In this document: piece by piece, positions 24,685-36,185 of the stretch
Layout: every line of letters starts with the position of its first letter
How positions within the stretch are numbered: the first letter of the stretch is position 1
Position numbers and translations under genes: made by a program
Assembly (NCBI GenBank): GCA_951406725.2
Contig: OX597826.1
Span: 7,440,001-7,504,000 of the forward strand
Reading direction: 5' to 3'
Source of the DNA: Octopus vulgaris
Lineage: Eukaryota
DNA length: 64,000 nt
Notes under the pieces: model-generated
Database searches by the model: none
What the model was told of the DNA's origin: nothing
The model's input: only the letters and a program-made list of their open reading frames with translations

Positions 24685-24845
24685 AATAACATCGAAAAAT
24701 ACCTTAGGAATGAGAACCCAGGTTCGAAATTTCCCCAAGACACCTGATGAAGACTGAAGGGTATATCAGCCGGAACGTTGTGTTAACAACAAACAAGATG
24801 AGGACAAATATCCGTCGAATGTAAATAATGTAAATAATGTAAATA
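24685..24845 (+). mobile_element. Hammerhead module of the same family, inverted relative to 24468-24663
   Basis: GACAC CTGATGA AGACTG AAGGGTATAT CAGCC GGAAC GTT GTGTT at 24739-24784 (GAAA to GGAA); close match to 4183-4315. Confidence 0.85.
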
Positions 24846-25129
24846 TTTTTGCTTCGTTTGTTTGCTTGATAGATTTTCATGATTAACCAAAACTGCTCTG
24901 ACATTTGCTGAAGCTAAAGCAAAGACGTATAAAAAAACAAATGTTTGTTTTCCGCTAATTCTGTGAAAATATGAAAGAAAATAAGCTGCGAAAGGAGTTC
25001 GTAAGCAGAACTCTCTGTCTCCTTCCCTTCTCCTCAGTCGGTGAGTTCCGAGTTCAAATCTCACCCTAGCCAGTTTTGCTTTTTATTGTAAGATATGTGA
25101 ATACATATTATTGTTCAGGTACTGCATGG

Positions 25130-25455
25130 AATTTGCCTTTCTTTTTTCTTTCTTTCTTTCTTCCTTCCTTCCTTTCTTTCTTTCTTCCTTTCTTTCTTAT
25201 CCTCTCCTCCTTTTTAACTCTTCCTCTTTCTACCTTTTCTTCTTCTCCTTCTTGGGTTTACTTCATTCCCTTCGTTTTTCTTCTTCTTTCTCTTCTTCTT
25301 TCTCTTCTTCTTCCTCTTCTTCTTCCTCTTCTTCTTCCTCTTTCTCTTCTTCTTTCTCTTCTTTTTCTTCTTCTTATTCCTTTTCTTCTTCTTCTTCTTC
25401 TTCCTTTTCTTCTTCTTCTTCTTCTTCTTCTTCTTCTCTCTCTTTCTCTTTCTCA
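25130..25455. repeat. Polypyrimidine (CTT/CTTT)n tract
   Basis: Direct reading; explains the poly-K/R/S/L ORFs. Confidence 0.95.
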
Positions 25456-25794
25456 CCCACCAACCCCACTCTGTCTCTTTCCCCAAAACGGTTAAGAAGC
25501 TATTTTGATAGAGTGTTCAGGGAGAAAGCTCAAAGTGTGTTCTTTACTTCAGAAATGGAAAACAATTGTGTTACCAGCCAACAAACTTTTCTCATCTAAC
25601 ATAGCAACACGTTTATTCATTCTCACATGTGCATGAACGCTACTGATGTTTTTTGCTGCTAAGCATATTGTTGAAATTGATGAAATTGTCAATTTTTACT
25701 TCATAGAATATCATTATATATTTTCGTGAACAATGCTTGGGATTAGCTGTAATATTAAATTTATTCTATTTGTTTTCTGTAGGTTGTATCCATT

Positions 25795-25902
25795 TTCACT
25801 TTTGTTGAAGAGGCGTTTCTCTGCCGAAAATCCATCTTGTGTTGGATTTAAAGAGAAGAGAAAAATACAATTATGTTTAAAATTCTAAGACGTTCCATTT
25901 CC
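25795..25902 (+). ncRNA. Hammerhead-like fold with full stem III and variant core (family H4), ending at (TA)n
   Basis: Stem I TTCACTTT/AAAGAGAA, core TGTTGA plus AGA, stem II GGCG/TGCC, GAAA, stem III ATCCA/TGGAT, then TT. Confidence 0.5.
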
Positions 25903-26630
25903 ATATATACATATATGGAAAATATATATATATATATATCTTTCAGGATATGTTACAGGTAACCTCCTGGAAGGCATTTGACGCAGTCGTCTTGATATGT
26001 GAAACTCCGAGTAACAGGTTTTGTTGAATTTCTGCTTCTTTTAATTTAAAGCCTATTACTCTACCCCTTGTATTTGAGTACTCTTTTTTTCCACCTTTTT
26101 CCACGGTGTTGAGGATGGGTAACAAGATATACACCAAGTCATCAGAAAACGTAATATAAATAATCATTATTCCCATGTACAGCAAAATGCGATACAATGA
26201 TTTGTATATTTTTTCTTGATAAGTTCCGGTAGATTCATACGTAAATATGGCACTTGCTCTTATGTAAAACACAAGAGAACAACTAATTTTTACGGCGGTG
26301 CATCAGCATGGCCGCAGCTCTGAGCTGAAACTATAAAAAATATATATATATACCGGAGTAAACACATAAATGTGAAACAAGGTGGAAAAAAAGAGTACTC
26401 AAATACAAGGGGTAGAGTGATATGCTTTATTTAAAAACAGCAGAAATTCAACAAAACCTGTTACTCGGAGTTTCACATATCAAGACGACTGCGTCAAATG
26501 CCTTCCAGGAGGTTACCTGTAACATATCCTGAAAGATATATATATATATATTTCCATATATATATATATGGAAATGGAACGTCTTAGAATTTTAAACATA
26601 ATTGTATTTTTCTCTTCTCTTTAAATCCAA
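25842..26630. repeat. Long inverted repeat, arms about 255 bp (25842-26097 / 26379-26630)
   Basis: Arms are near-identical over the outer ~190 bp, with a few mismatches in the inner ~65 bp; spacer about 280 bp. Confidence 0.95.
26351..26477 (-). mobile_element. (TA)n-anchored mini-element family H3 with hammerhead 3' strand
   Basis: Reverse complement GTGAAACTCCGAGTAACAG (GAAA, CTC/GAG stem III, UA) then a tail to TTTACTCCGG(TA)n; same family at 46420-46521. Confidence 0.65.
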
Positions 26631-26835
26631 TAAAAGGGATACAGGAGGATGTGAAAGAGAACTGATGATTTATTGTATGTTGATTGTAAGATACTAAAGG
26701 AGGTATGGGTAAAAAAGGTTTTAGAATTTGGGTGGATAGTCTACAAGAAGGCTTACAAAAATATTCCACTATGTTGGTTCATGTAGTGCCTGAGTATGGT
26801 CGAGATCAATGAGAAGTTAAACACCTTTCTGGAAC
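26631..26835 (+). mobile_element. R4/Dong-like RT fragment
   Basis: TDDLLYVDCKILKEV..GWIVYKKAYKNIPLCWF corresponds to R4 TKDQLLIDK.IL..AWIDYKKAYDSVPHSW (compare 61820-61872). Confidence 0.7.
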
Positions 26836-26922
26836 ATACCGGGTCAAGGTATCACGTAGTGGGACTGAACCCAAAGCCATGTATATGGGAAGCAAACTTC
26901 TTAGTACACAGCCACGCCTGCA
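26835..26922 (-). mobile_element. SINE-B head fragment
   Basis: GTGGGACTGAACCC..AAGCAAACTTCTTA..ACACAGCCACGCCTGC. Confidence 0.7.
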
Positions 26923-27059
26923 CTTATGACAGAGCATAAATAAATTGGAGTGTCGTAAAGACATACTGCGAGATAAATAAGAACGTAAGCATTTTCAGTC
27001 GATAATATCGATGTGCTGGAAAACGAGAGGGCCGGGGGTCTCCTCATGGATTGTTTCAC

Positions 27060-28150
27060 TGTTAGTTCAGGCTTCTCTGAGAAAATTCCCACTCATAGTT
27101 TTCTGCACATCAATACTTTACAAAAAATAGGTTCAGCTTATGTGATCAGTAGGAAGGCTTTATAATGCTTAAATATATTTCCTCTGATATACGTTGCTTT
27201 GTTTAAAAATTAATAGAGATACTAAAGTAAAGCAAAGAAGATGGTGAAAATTACACATAACGGTATCGAAAGAAGCAGAACAAAATACGCGGCCACAAAT
27301 AAGAGAATATTTACATTAAACGGACTCAAATACATGCTTGAACGTATTTCTTTGAATTAACATTGTGAAGAAGGTTTAGTGCGGAAAATTTAACGGGATT
27401 AAAAGAAACGACAAACAATAGAGTGAAAAACCAGACTCTAATACAGTCGCTTAACATTGATATACACAGATAGATGTCCAAGCGAAAACCATAGAAGTAG
27501 CTCTGCAGAAGAATATATAGGTATAAGAAAGCCATGCTGATGATAATAACGAAAGGAATATTTGAATCATATATTCAATAGGTGTATAGTACCTGGGACA
27601 TATGGACTTGAGTATAACGAAAAATGTAACAATAGTATGTTCTATTAAAGTGAGAGAAAAAAAATGAAAATATGTATCTTTATTTAGTGAAGTAGAAAAG
27701 AAGTGTCTGATGGGTAAGAAGGTATACCAAGTCATCAGAAAACGGTAATAATATAAATAATCATTATTTCCGTGTACAGCAAAATGCGATACAATGATTT
27801 TTATAATTTGTCTTGATACGTTCCGGTAGATTCAAACGTAAATATGCCACTTGCTCTTATGGAAAACACAAGAGAACAACTATTTTTTACGACGGTAATG
27901 TGCTTATAACACACTCGGGTTATTTGCTTAAGAAATTCTAGGACATCGATGCGTCGACTTGTTGTGTCTTATCAGCCAGAAGTACTTGAATATTTGAACA
28001 TAAACAAGCCACTGGCTTCGTTCATAAATTCAGCGAACATAAATATTACCAGCGAATATGTGATAATAACACCATCCTGAAAAGAGAAGGAAAAATCTTA
28101 AACAAAATACATCTGTAAAGTAATAGATGCGACGAACAGCGTGAGCACAT
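27060..28150 (+). mobile_element. Ancient RTE-like LINE RT remnant
   Basis: Ordered degenerate motifs HINTLQKI (DHI.TL.Q.I), RKAL (KAF), IFTL..L.YM, V*YLGH, KKVYQVI, CLR.ILG, EVL on the A-rich strand; many stops. Confidence 0.4.
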
Positions 28151-28817
28151 TCTTTCTGGAGAGCATGGTATTTGAAACAGCTCTCAAATAATTTCTCAAA
28201 GACGTTATGAATCAGAAATTAGAAAAAAAAAACCCTTAAAAATCAAGAAGCCGAATGGCACAATATCATGAAATGTGGATTAAGCATATTGGAAAGAAAT
28301 ATGGAATAAAACAATGAGTCAAAAAACACAACGGGTCAAAAGGGATATGAAAAATGCAATAAAACCGCAAGAATGGCTCAGCCTAACTAGCAATGAATTC
28401 AGTAATACGAAAAACACAGCAAGGAAGTGCAAATTCCTCGGGATTAACGAAGTTATCAATTTCTTGCTGAAACACCTAATCAATATTCTTGAATAGTTGG
28501 CAATTGCAATCAATGAATTAGTAAAATACCACAAGTAACATCGCAGTGTTTTCTGGGATTTTTTTCTTGCATTTTTATCTGGGAATCAATGCTGATTGAG
28601 AAAACCCAAAACACCAGAGGTCGCCAAAACTCGGGATTTATAAATTGTTTGCAGAAAATATAGGCAATACTTGTGTATATATCTTATAAACAAACTAGAA
28701 ATGTAGTTGATAGGCAACAATGTCTCAGCGGATGAGCAAGGATTGTGATGGATGGACGAATGGATCAGACGTTTTCGAAGAAAGAAGAAAGACAGAGAAA
28801 GATACCGAGATACAGAT

Positions 28818-28856
<39 letters not shown>

Positions 28857-28949
28857 CTGTAGCATGGTATGGATTGATTGCAAAATTCCATGGGCTAATT
28901 GCAAAAGACCATTCGCTCGGGAACTACGAAATTGAATATCTAAGATGCT

Positions 28950-29340
28950 GCAAATAAGCAAGCATTTAAAAAACGAGCACAGAACATCATAATCACGTGG
29001 AAAAGGAAGGTAATCGTGTTGCTGTAGAAGAAAACTTGTTAAAACCAATCCACTTTATCATTAGAAGTGACATGCGAAAAGACTCATATTTCTATTAGTA
29101 TTCTACCAAGATTTCGCCTTGTTGGTAAAACTTGTATAATAAAACCAACCAGTGTTTGTCAACAGTAACAATAAGTTATAAACAGTAACCTTTATATGGG
29201 AGACTTCAATTATTTACAAAGGACAATGACCAACCGAAAATAGTATTTAATTTTCTTCATGAATTCAAGTGGGATATAGAAGCAAATCTTAGGTTAGTGA
29301 CTTACACCGTTGCTACACGTAAGATTTTCTCGCCATCTTT
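28950..29340 (+). mobile_element. Possible APE endonuclease remnant of a LINE
   Basis: YMGDFNY at about 29193-29213 (GDFN motif); otherwise decayed. Confidence 0.3.
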
Positions 29341-29640
29341 TTCTAACTGTATTTTTAAATCCATAATTTTGGGCTTGTTCTTTTCTCAGTGTAACCGTTT
29401 CTATTGTTTTAGAGGGTGGGTTTCTTTTTTTTAATTCATGTCAGAATGATTTAAATAAAATGCTAGTCAAGTACACAGTTCCGTAGGATAGAGCGCATCC
29501 CCAAAAAATTTCAAACCTGCTGCTAATGACAGAAACGTCATCCTTGACATATTTTCTGGGTGTTTCATAATAGCGCCAGTAGCCGCGACTAAACTCTACC
29601 CTAAAAAGTTCTGCACTTCTGCAGAAATTCGAAACAGTTG

Positions 29641-29716
<76 letters not shown>

Positions 29717-29718
29717 CA

Positions 29719-30112
29719 TAAGGCGGCGAGCTGGCAGAAACGTTAGCACACCGGGCGAAAAGCTTAGCGGTATTTCGTCTGCCGTTACGTTCTGAGTTCA
29801 AATTCCGCCAAGATCGACTTTGCCTTTCATCCTTTCGGAGTCGATAAAGTAAGTACCAGTTACGCACTGAGGTCGATATAATCGACTTAATCCATCTGTC
29901 TATCCTTGTTTGTCCTCTCTGTGTTTAGCCTCTTGTGGGTAGTAAAGAAATAGGTATTTCATCTGTCGTCGTGTTCTGAGTTCAAATTCCGCCGGGGTAG
30001 AATTTGCCTTTTATCCTTTCGGAGACAAATTAAGTATCAGTTGCGTACTGGGGTCATTCTGGCCGACTGGCCCTTCCTCCAAAATTTCGGGACTTGTGCC
30101 TAAGTAGAAAAG

Positions 30113-30145
<33 letters not shown>
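29719..30145 (+). mobile_element. SINE-A, two-unit form, between (ATT)n tracts
   Basis: Head at 29719; the body restarts at GGTATTTC (about 29953) after a CTTAATCC..TGTCC.CTCTGTGTTTAGCC..AGTAAAGAAATA linker. Confidence 0.92.
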
Positions 30146-30400
30146 GAGTGAGACTAGTGCATGTCATGAAAGTGACAGTAGGGTACAAGTATACGAAGTC
30201 CAATAGACCCGTCATGACCACCTGTCTTATAAGGGTATATCAGGCACATGCATCACAACCATATGTGCTCAATATGGTGGGTGAACTCATATCAAGATAA
30301 ACAGTGCATGAACTTGCAGGAGAGGCCCAGTTAGAATTTTTTTAGGTCAAGTAACCCCAGCCGCTCAAAAGATCCCTGAATAAGGTTTGTTTAAGGATGC
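30146..30400 (-). mobile_element. Probable R4/Dong-like LINE 3' end with (AAT)n tail (same family as 31873-32185)
   Basis: Aligns with 31873-32105 (ATAAGGGTA..CAGGCACATGCATCACAAC, TTAGAATTTT, TGAATAAGGTTTGTTTAAG); abuts (ATT)n. Confidence 0.55.
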
Positions 30401-31845
30401 TATTGGAGACATTCAAATCCTTACATGGTTATGAACAAACTGTTTGGTTGCGGTTCATTGATGACATCTCTTTTTAGTATAACAGCCTTCTTGCATTTCT
30501 GTGACTGTTATACGTAAAAATTATGGCTTTAAGTCCAACACAAAATATATGCCTAGTTTTTCGAAAGCTAGCGTTGAATTTTCGAACACAAAAGTTAAGT
30601 TTTCTGGAGGTAGAATAGTGACAGATTTATTTTGCTAGCCTACGTCGTCCCACACTTACCTCCACCGCCACACCGATCATGCAAATCATATAATTCGGTG
30701 AAATCCGAAATCCAAATTTTTTAGGATAAAACAGACTTGTACGGACATAGGGTATTACTAGAAACATGCAAATGCTTTTGTACACCATTATGTCAAACGC
30801 GATTACAGTGAATCACGATTAAAGGAAATAGCAAACGAGATAGTTAAGATTAGCAAAAAACGTCAAAACTCCATGCATAATTTTAGCAAACAAAGTACAA
30901 TATGTGACAGAATTCCTTTAGTGATTATCTGGCACAGAAATTCCACTGGCATTTCAAAATTGTTGCATGAAAGTTACCAGCATATTGCGGAAAAATATCC
31001 TCATTTCAAACAGATATTTCCTCGGCCACTTATTGTAGCCTTTAGACGGAATAAAAATATAAGAGAACTATTGACCTCTATTTCTGACTCCAAGAAATCC
31101 AATATTACATTATCTGCACGCTGTACCTTGAAAAACAGCCGCAAGAAAGGTAAATCCTATTCATTGGGCAACAACATGAGTGAAGTGAATTCCACCAGGC
31201 ATCATAACAGAAATGTTATGATCTATACACAAGGTGGGACATGTAGAGTTTCCATTTTGTGTACGCGGCAGAATGCACGAAACAACTTGATTTATGTTGA
31301 CTGTACAACAGAACAATTAAACAAAAATTTTAATCGGCACAGATATGACGTCAGACAAAATAACAGTAGTTCGCCAGAACTTGCCGAACATTTTGCTTCA
31401 AATAGCTGCGATTATGAAATAGACTTGAAAGTGTATATTGTCAGAAAATACTGTGAATCTGCTACACTTTCAATATTCAAAATGCATGTGGAGAAATATG
31501 TTTGCGGGTTATTAACATCACGCACTGGAGGAATGAATAAAATGACAGCAGAATTTCATCATCAAATTCTCATGAAACTGTTTGATTAAATATTCTTTCT
31601 TCTTTTCTTTTTTTTCTTTCATTTTTTTCTGTTTTTTTCTATCTTTTTCTTTTCGCCAGTTATAAAATTGAAACTGAAGGGCTGATTATGTCATTCCATG
31701 AACATGGGAATTCTGGTTACTCCCGTTCATATTTTAGATTAGAATTTCTATAATTTTGAATTTTTATCACAGGCTTGCTGTCGAAACATCGTCCAACCAA
31801 TATAGAACCTATTGCAATCTCATCGCGCTCTTCGTTTTCACTATT
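30400..31845 (+). mobile_element. Penelope-like element, decayed RT C-terminus plus GIY-YIG endonuclease and 3' region
   Basis: WLRFIDDI (30445-30468), TDLFC*PTSSHTYL, RIPLVI, KQIFPRPLIVAFRRNKNIRELL, LIYVDCT.EQLNK.FNRHR.D, ELAEHF, GGMN; ORF 30873-31589. Confidence 0.9.
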
Positions 31846-31872
31846 ATTATTATTATTATTATTATCATCATT

Positions 31873-32190
31873 GAGTGAGATGCCATGAATGTGACGCTGA
31901 GTTAAAAATATGAAGCCCAGTATATCCATCTTGACAACCTACCTGATAAGGGTACACCAGGCACATGCATCACAACTATGCGTGCGTGACATGGTGACCT
32001 TATACCAAGACAAACAGCACAAGACCTTGCAAGTGGGGCTCACTTAGAATTTTCTTCAGGCCCATGCCGCTGAAAAGGTCTTTGAATAAGGTTTGTTTAA
32101 GAATGATAAACCTAACACCCATGTTTCCAGAGGTGAATTATTCAAACCCCAAAGAATTCTATTCAACACATGATGCTCCTCCACTAATTC
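31873..32190 (-). mobile_element. Probable R4/Dong-like LINE 3' end with (AAT)n tail
   Basis: Homologous to 30146-30400; minus strand has LKKILS, similar to the R4 terminal ILRKVLS. Confidence 0.55.
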
Positions 32191-32299
32191 TATTCATTAT
32201 ATTCAATTAGAAATAGTTCTAAAGTTATTAGCAATACTTATCAGAAAAGTGAAAAATCATTTAATAGAATTATTTTTCTCTATCGTAGAACTATGCATT

Positions 32300-32730
32300 G
32301 GCATAATCGTTAGATCGTCTGTCACTATGCCTTTCGTAAACTCCTCCGGTTCATTATATTCGCAGATCAAATCCCAACATAGGGAACTTTTCATTTTATG
32401 CTTCAGGGATCTACAAAACTAGCACAACTCATGCACTGGCTCATTTTTAATTTAGCTATCATCCTTCCTCTCAAATTGCTGATGTTATGTTTCAATTCAA
32501 AATTATTATTAGGCGATCGATTGGCGAATCGTTACAAAATCAGATAAAATGTCTTAAGATATAGAGTTATGTCCGTTATATTCTGAATTGAAATCCATTC
32601 GAAGTCATTTTACATTTCTTTCTGTCCTTTCCATATAGATAAAATAAAGTACCAGTAATTACAGAGATCGATATAAACAACAAGTCTCAGTCCAGAAGTT
32701 TCTGCTCTTGCGCCATCGTCAACATTAAAA
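32300..32730 (+). mobile_element. Two very old SINE-A-like copies
   Basis: Residual GGC..AATCGTTA, TTCTGAATTGAAATCC and GATAAAATAAAGTACCAG motifs. Confidence 0.5.
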
Positions 32731-32952
32731 TGGATCGTTTAAAACTATCAAATATTTCATCTGACTTAACCGTTCTTTTTTTTTTTAGTTTTATTGATTA
32801 AATAAACTTTTGTCAATATAATTAAAAGTAAATATGATATATTCTATAAGCAACGTTAGAAACACATACCAATAGAAGTACATACGAAAATCTTATTTTT
32901 GTTGTACCTACTCTTATTTTCTTTTTTTATATCATCGATTTGTGAATGTGCG

Positions 32953-32984
<32 letters not shown>

Positions 32985-33949
32985 TGAGTGTGTGTGTGTG
33001 TGTGTGTGTGTGTTTACACGTGCGCGTGCATGCGTGTACTCATATATTTAATAGAGAATATAGAATACTAGTTTTAAACGTGAAACGACAGCCTGTCTCC
33101 AATCTACTAACGATAGCTATATCCGTTACTGAAAGCTGTAATTGTAGTAGTTTAAGAATATGATTTGTGAAAGGAATTAATGCTTTATATAGAAGTAACG
33201 AATTATGTCTTTAAATAGCTTATTGTACACATTAAAGAACGTTTTGTTACTATAATTATGAAAAATTTCTAAAGGAATGTGATTTCGAAGCTGGGTTAAA
33301 TATGCTCGCGCACCTGCAGCTATACGGTGACGTTACACGGATACATAAAAGAATTCTTGTGTATGGGACAATAGAAATGACTTGAGGTCAGCGTCCAAGG
33401 GATTTTCGCTGAAAAATTATTAGACTAGTGTTGTTTACCTCTTTCATGACGCATCCTTTGTGTGTGACGTACGTCAAATTTGATTGCACTCTCCGCTTTT
33501 GTTTTCCGTCTTGTCTTCAACAATGCTTGCCGATGGGGACACTATCATTTATATGGTCACTTTGAGACTGATATTGTATCGTTTCTTTTCATTAATAAGC
33601 CGCATAGAACGTGGGGGAATTAAGAGCCAATCTGTGTAGATACGCTGAAGGCTTGGCATGGCTCAGACTCATTGACACCATAATCGATCACAGAGCCTCT
33701 GGAAAGGGCTGTGTACATATCGATGCTACAACCATTGACCTTCTGTACAAGAAAGCTATTAAATAAGCACTTACATTTCTCTCTGGCTGATTTATGAGCT
33801 GTCAACTACGGTTATAAAACCTAATACCCGCCTCGCTTAATACATTCCCTTCTATATTATACAGAGCACAACACATTGCATTCATCCTTACTCTCTCATA
33901 TCACTAGAACTTGATATATAAAATACAAATTTAAGTTCATGAAAGGCGG

Positions 33950-35060
33950 AACCATTGCAAACATTTCCGGTCGAAAGAAATAAAATGACATCAACAACCA
34001 GTTCAGCTTAGTCTTAAAGCTTACAAGCAAAACGTGCCAGGCAGTATCTGCATAATTATATCAATCATGTGCCTACTAGAGTAGGGAAGGTTCGTACATA
34101 TGCATTCATTAATCAGTAAATAGAATTAAACAAAGCTATAGCGCCTGATTTGATGTGTATTATGGGTACGAATAACGGCACTCGATATGAGTAAAAACAT
34201 TGCCGTTTTATTGTCTTGCAACCAATTTGTCGGTAGTGATAAAGTACAAGAAGAGACTTCATAATGCTGACCTAAAACTATGTAGAGATTTCAAAGATAC
34301 GTGAAAGCGAACAAAATGATGTCGAAAATTAACAAATTATCGACCAGGTAGCGTATTTGTCAAGCATATTCATAATGATCATAAATGTTCGCCATCAGAA
34401 TATAAAACCCTTTATATTTAATGCAACAGAAACACCAGATTCAATCAGATAGCAGAGGGAATATCATGCCAGAACGGAGATTAAAGCTGATTAGACAGAG
34501 TATAAAATTCTCTAGAACAGAGGGATATTTTAAAATTCAATTTCCACAACTTCAAGGAAAGGTTTAAAGAGCCTCTTGCAACAGTTATAGAATATGTCCT
34601 GCGTCCATATTGGTTAGAATTTAACGATATAGAAAAGTGTACTGATAGTCTTTTCTAGATCTTTAATCTAATAATTCTAACGAATTTATATCAGTTGACA
34701 GAGGAACGATTGTAAGATATTTCCATAACCAATTGCTCAATACAAAAGCTTGTATTCAGGAAATGGTTATTGAAAAGTTATATTTACTCAAGCATCGCAT
34801 AGATTAAAGTAGATCCAATATTTGCATCTTAAATTTAATCAGTCTCTTCAAAGCTATTCAAAATGAATGCAGATCGATGGTTGCGTACTTTGAAAGGGAC
34901 AGAATATATAAAAGTATAAAGATGGACAAAGCTATACTCATATGCATATATTAAGCTTTCTATAAAATAGAAAGTTTTGTAATATGTCAATTGAAATTAC
35001 AACGAAGGGTTCACAGATACCTTTGATCACAACCGTTAACCATGGCTTGAATGCACGTTT
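33950..35060 (+). mobile_element. Ancient non-LTR RT remnant
   Basis: LTNYRP at about 34329-34346 (NYRPISL motif), then F.NF..RF (DF.KAF-like) on the A-rich strand; many stops. Confidence 0.35.
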
Positions 35061-35405
35061 TAGAACATTCCAGATGCTACTGTGATGTTTTAATATTATT
35101 TTATTGAAACATTCTTGGATAGTTTAAAGAGGTTTCCTCTTGTGGTATTTTATTAAGCGTACACACCATGAGAAACATAACATCACAATTTATACATTAC
35201 ATAGTGTTTAGTATAAAGATCATATTCTAAAAAAAAAATTAAATATATTAACTATAGATAAGTTCTCTTTATAGACAGGTATTCAGTCAGTTGCAATAAT
35301 AGCTGAAAATACATAATTGAAAGCTGCCAAATAGCAGCTGTAAGAATACGTACGAAATGTTAGATAAATGTTATCTACTTAAATTTATTGTTACAAATTT
35401 TATAT

Positions 35406-35584
35406 AGGCATAGGAGTGACTGTGTGGTAAGTAGCTTGCTTACCAATCACATGGTTCCGGGTTCAGTCCCACTGCGTGGCACCTTGGGCTAGTGTTTTCT
35501 GCTGTAGCTTCGGGCCGTGAGTTTGTGAGTGAATTTGGTAGACGGAAACTGAAAGAAGTCCGTCGTATATATGTATATACATAA

Positions 35585-35656
<72 letters not shown>

Positions 35657-35880
35657 TTGTGTGTGTGTACGTTTGTGTGTCTGTGTTTGTCCCCACAGCA
35701 ACACTTGACAATCGATGCTGGTGTGTTTACGTCCCCGTAACTTAGCGGTTCGTCAAAAGAGACAGATAGAATAAGTACAATGCTTACAAAGAATAAACCC
35801 TGGGGTCGATTTGCTCAACGAAAGGCGGTGCTCCCGCATGGCCACAGTCAAATGACTGAAACAAGTAAAAGAGTATAAGA
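35406..35880 (+). mobile_element. SINE-B, full length
   Basis: Head, GGTTCAGTCCC B-box, internal (TA)n(TG)n, tail GGCGGTGCTCCCGCATGGCCACAGTCAAATGACTGAAAC. Confidence 0.93.
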
Positions 35881-36029
35881 TATATATTAGTACAAATACT
35901 TCTTAATTCAAAGTTTGTCTTTTATGCAATGTTTATCATTCATGCAATATGCAGGTCACCAATGAAAAGTGATAACTGTCAGAACAAAAGAGAGCCAAAT
36001 ATTTAAAATATGTGACTAGAAACATATTG

Positions 36030-36185
36030 GCTTAAAATTTTGGCTCAGAGCCAGCAATTCTGGGGGAGGGATAAGTCAATTACATCGACCCCACTGGTAC
36101 CTCATTTATCGAACTCAAAAGGATGAGAAGGACAAAATCGATCACGGTGGGATTTGAACTCAGAACGTAAATAAGGACAAAAAGC
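36030..36185 (-). mobile_element. SINE-A fragment
   Basis: AGTCAATTACATCGACCCC..GGATTTGAACTCAGAACG. Confidence 0.75.

Noticed and set aside
27326-28534. Hydrophobic minus-strand ORFs resembling a GPCR or membrane protein pseudogene
   Set aside because: No convincing 7TM motifs. Hydrophobicity is expected from the T-rich antisense of an A-rich LINE remnant whose RT motifs appear in order on the plus strand.
30146-32190. Homologous segments flanking the Penelope element as LTRs
   Set aside because: The two copies are clearly diverged, each abuts its own (ATT)n, and they look like independent LINE 3' ends.
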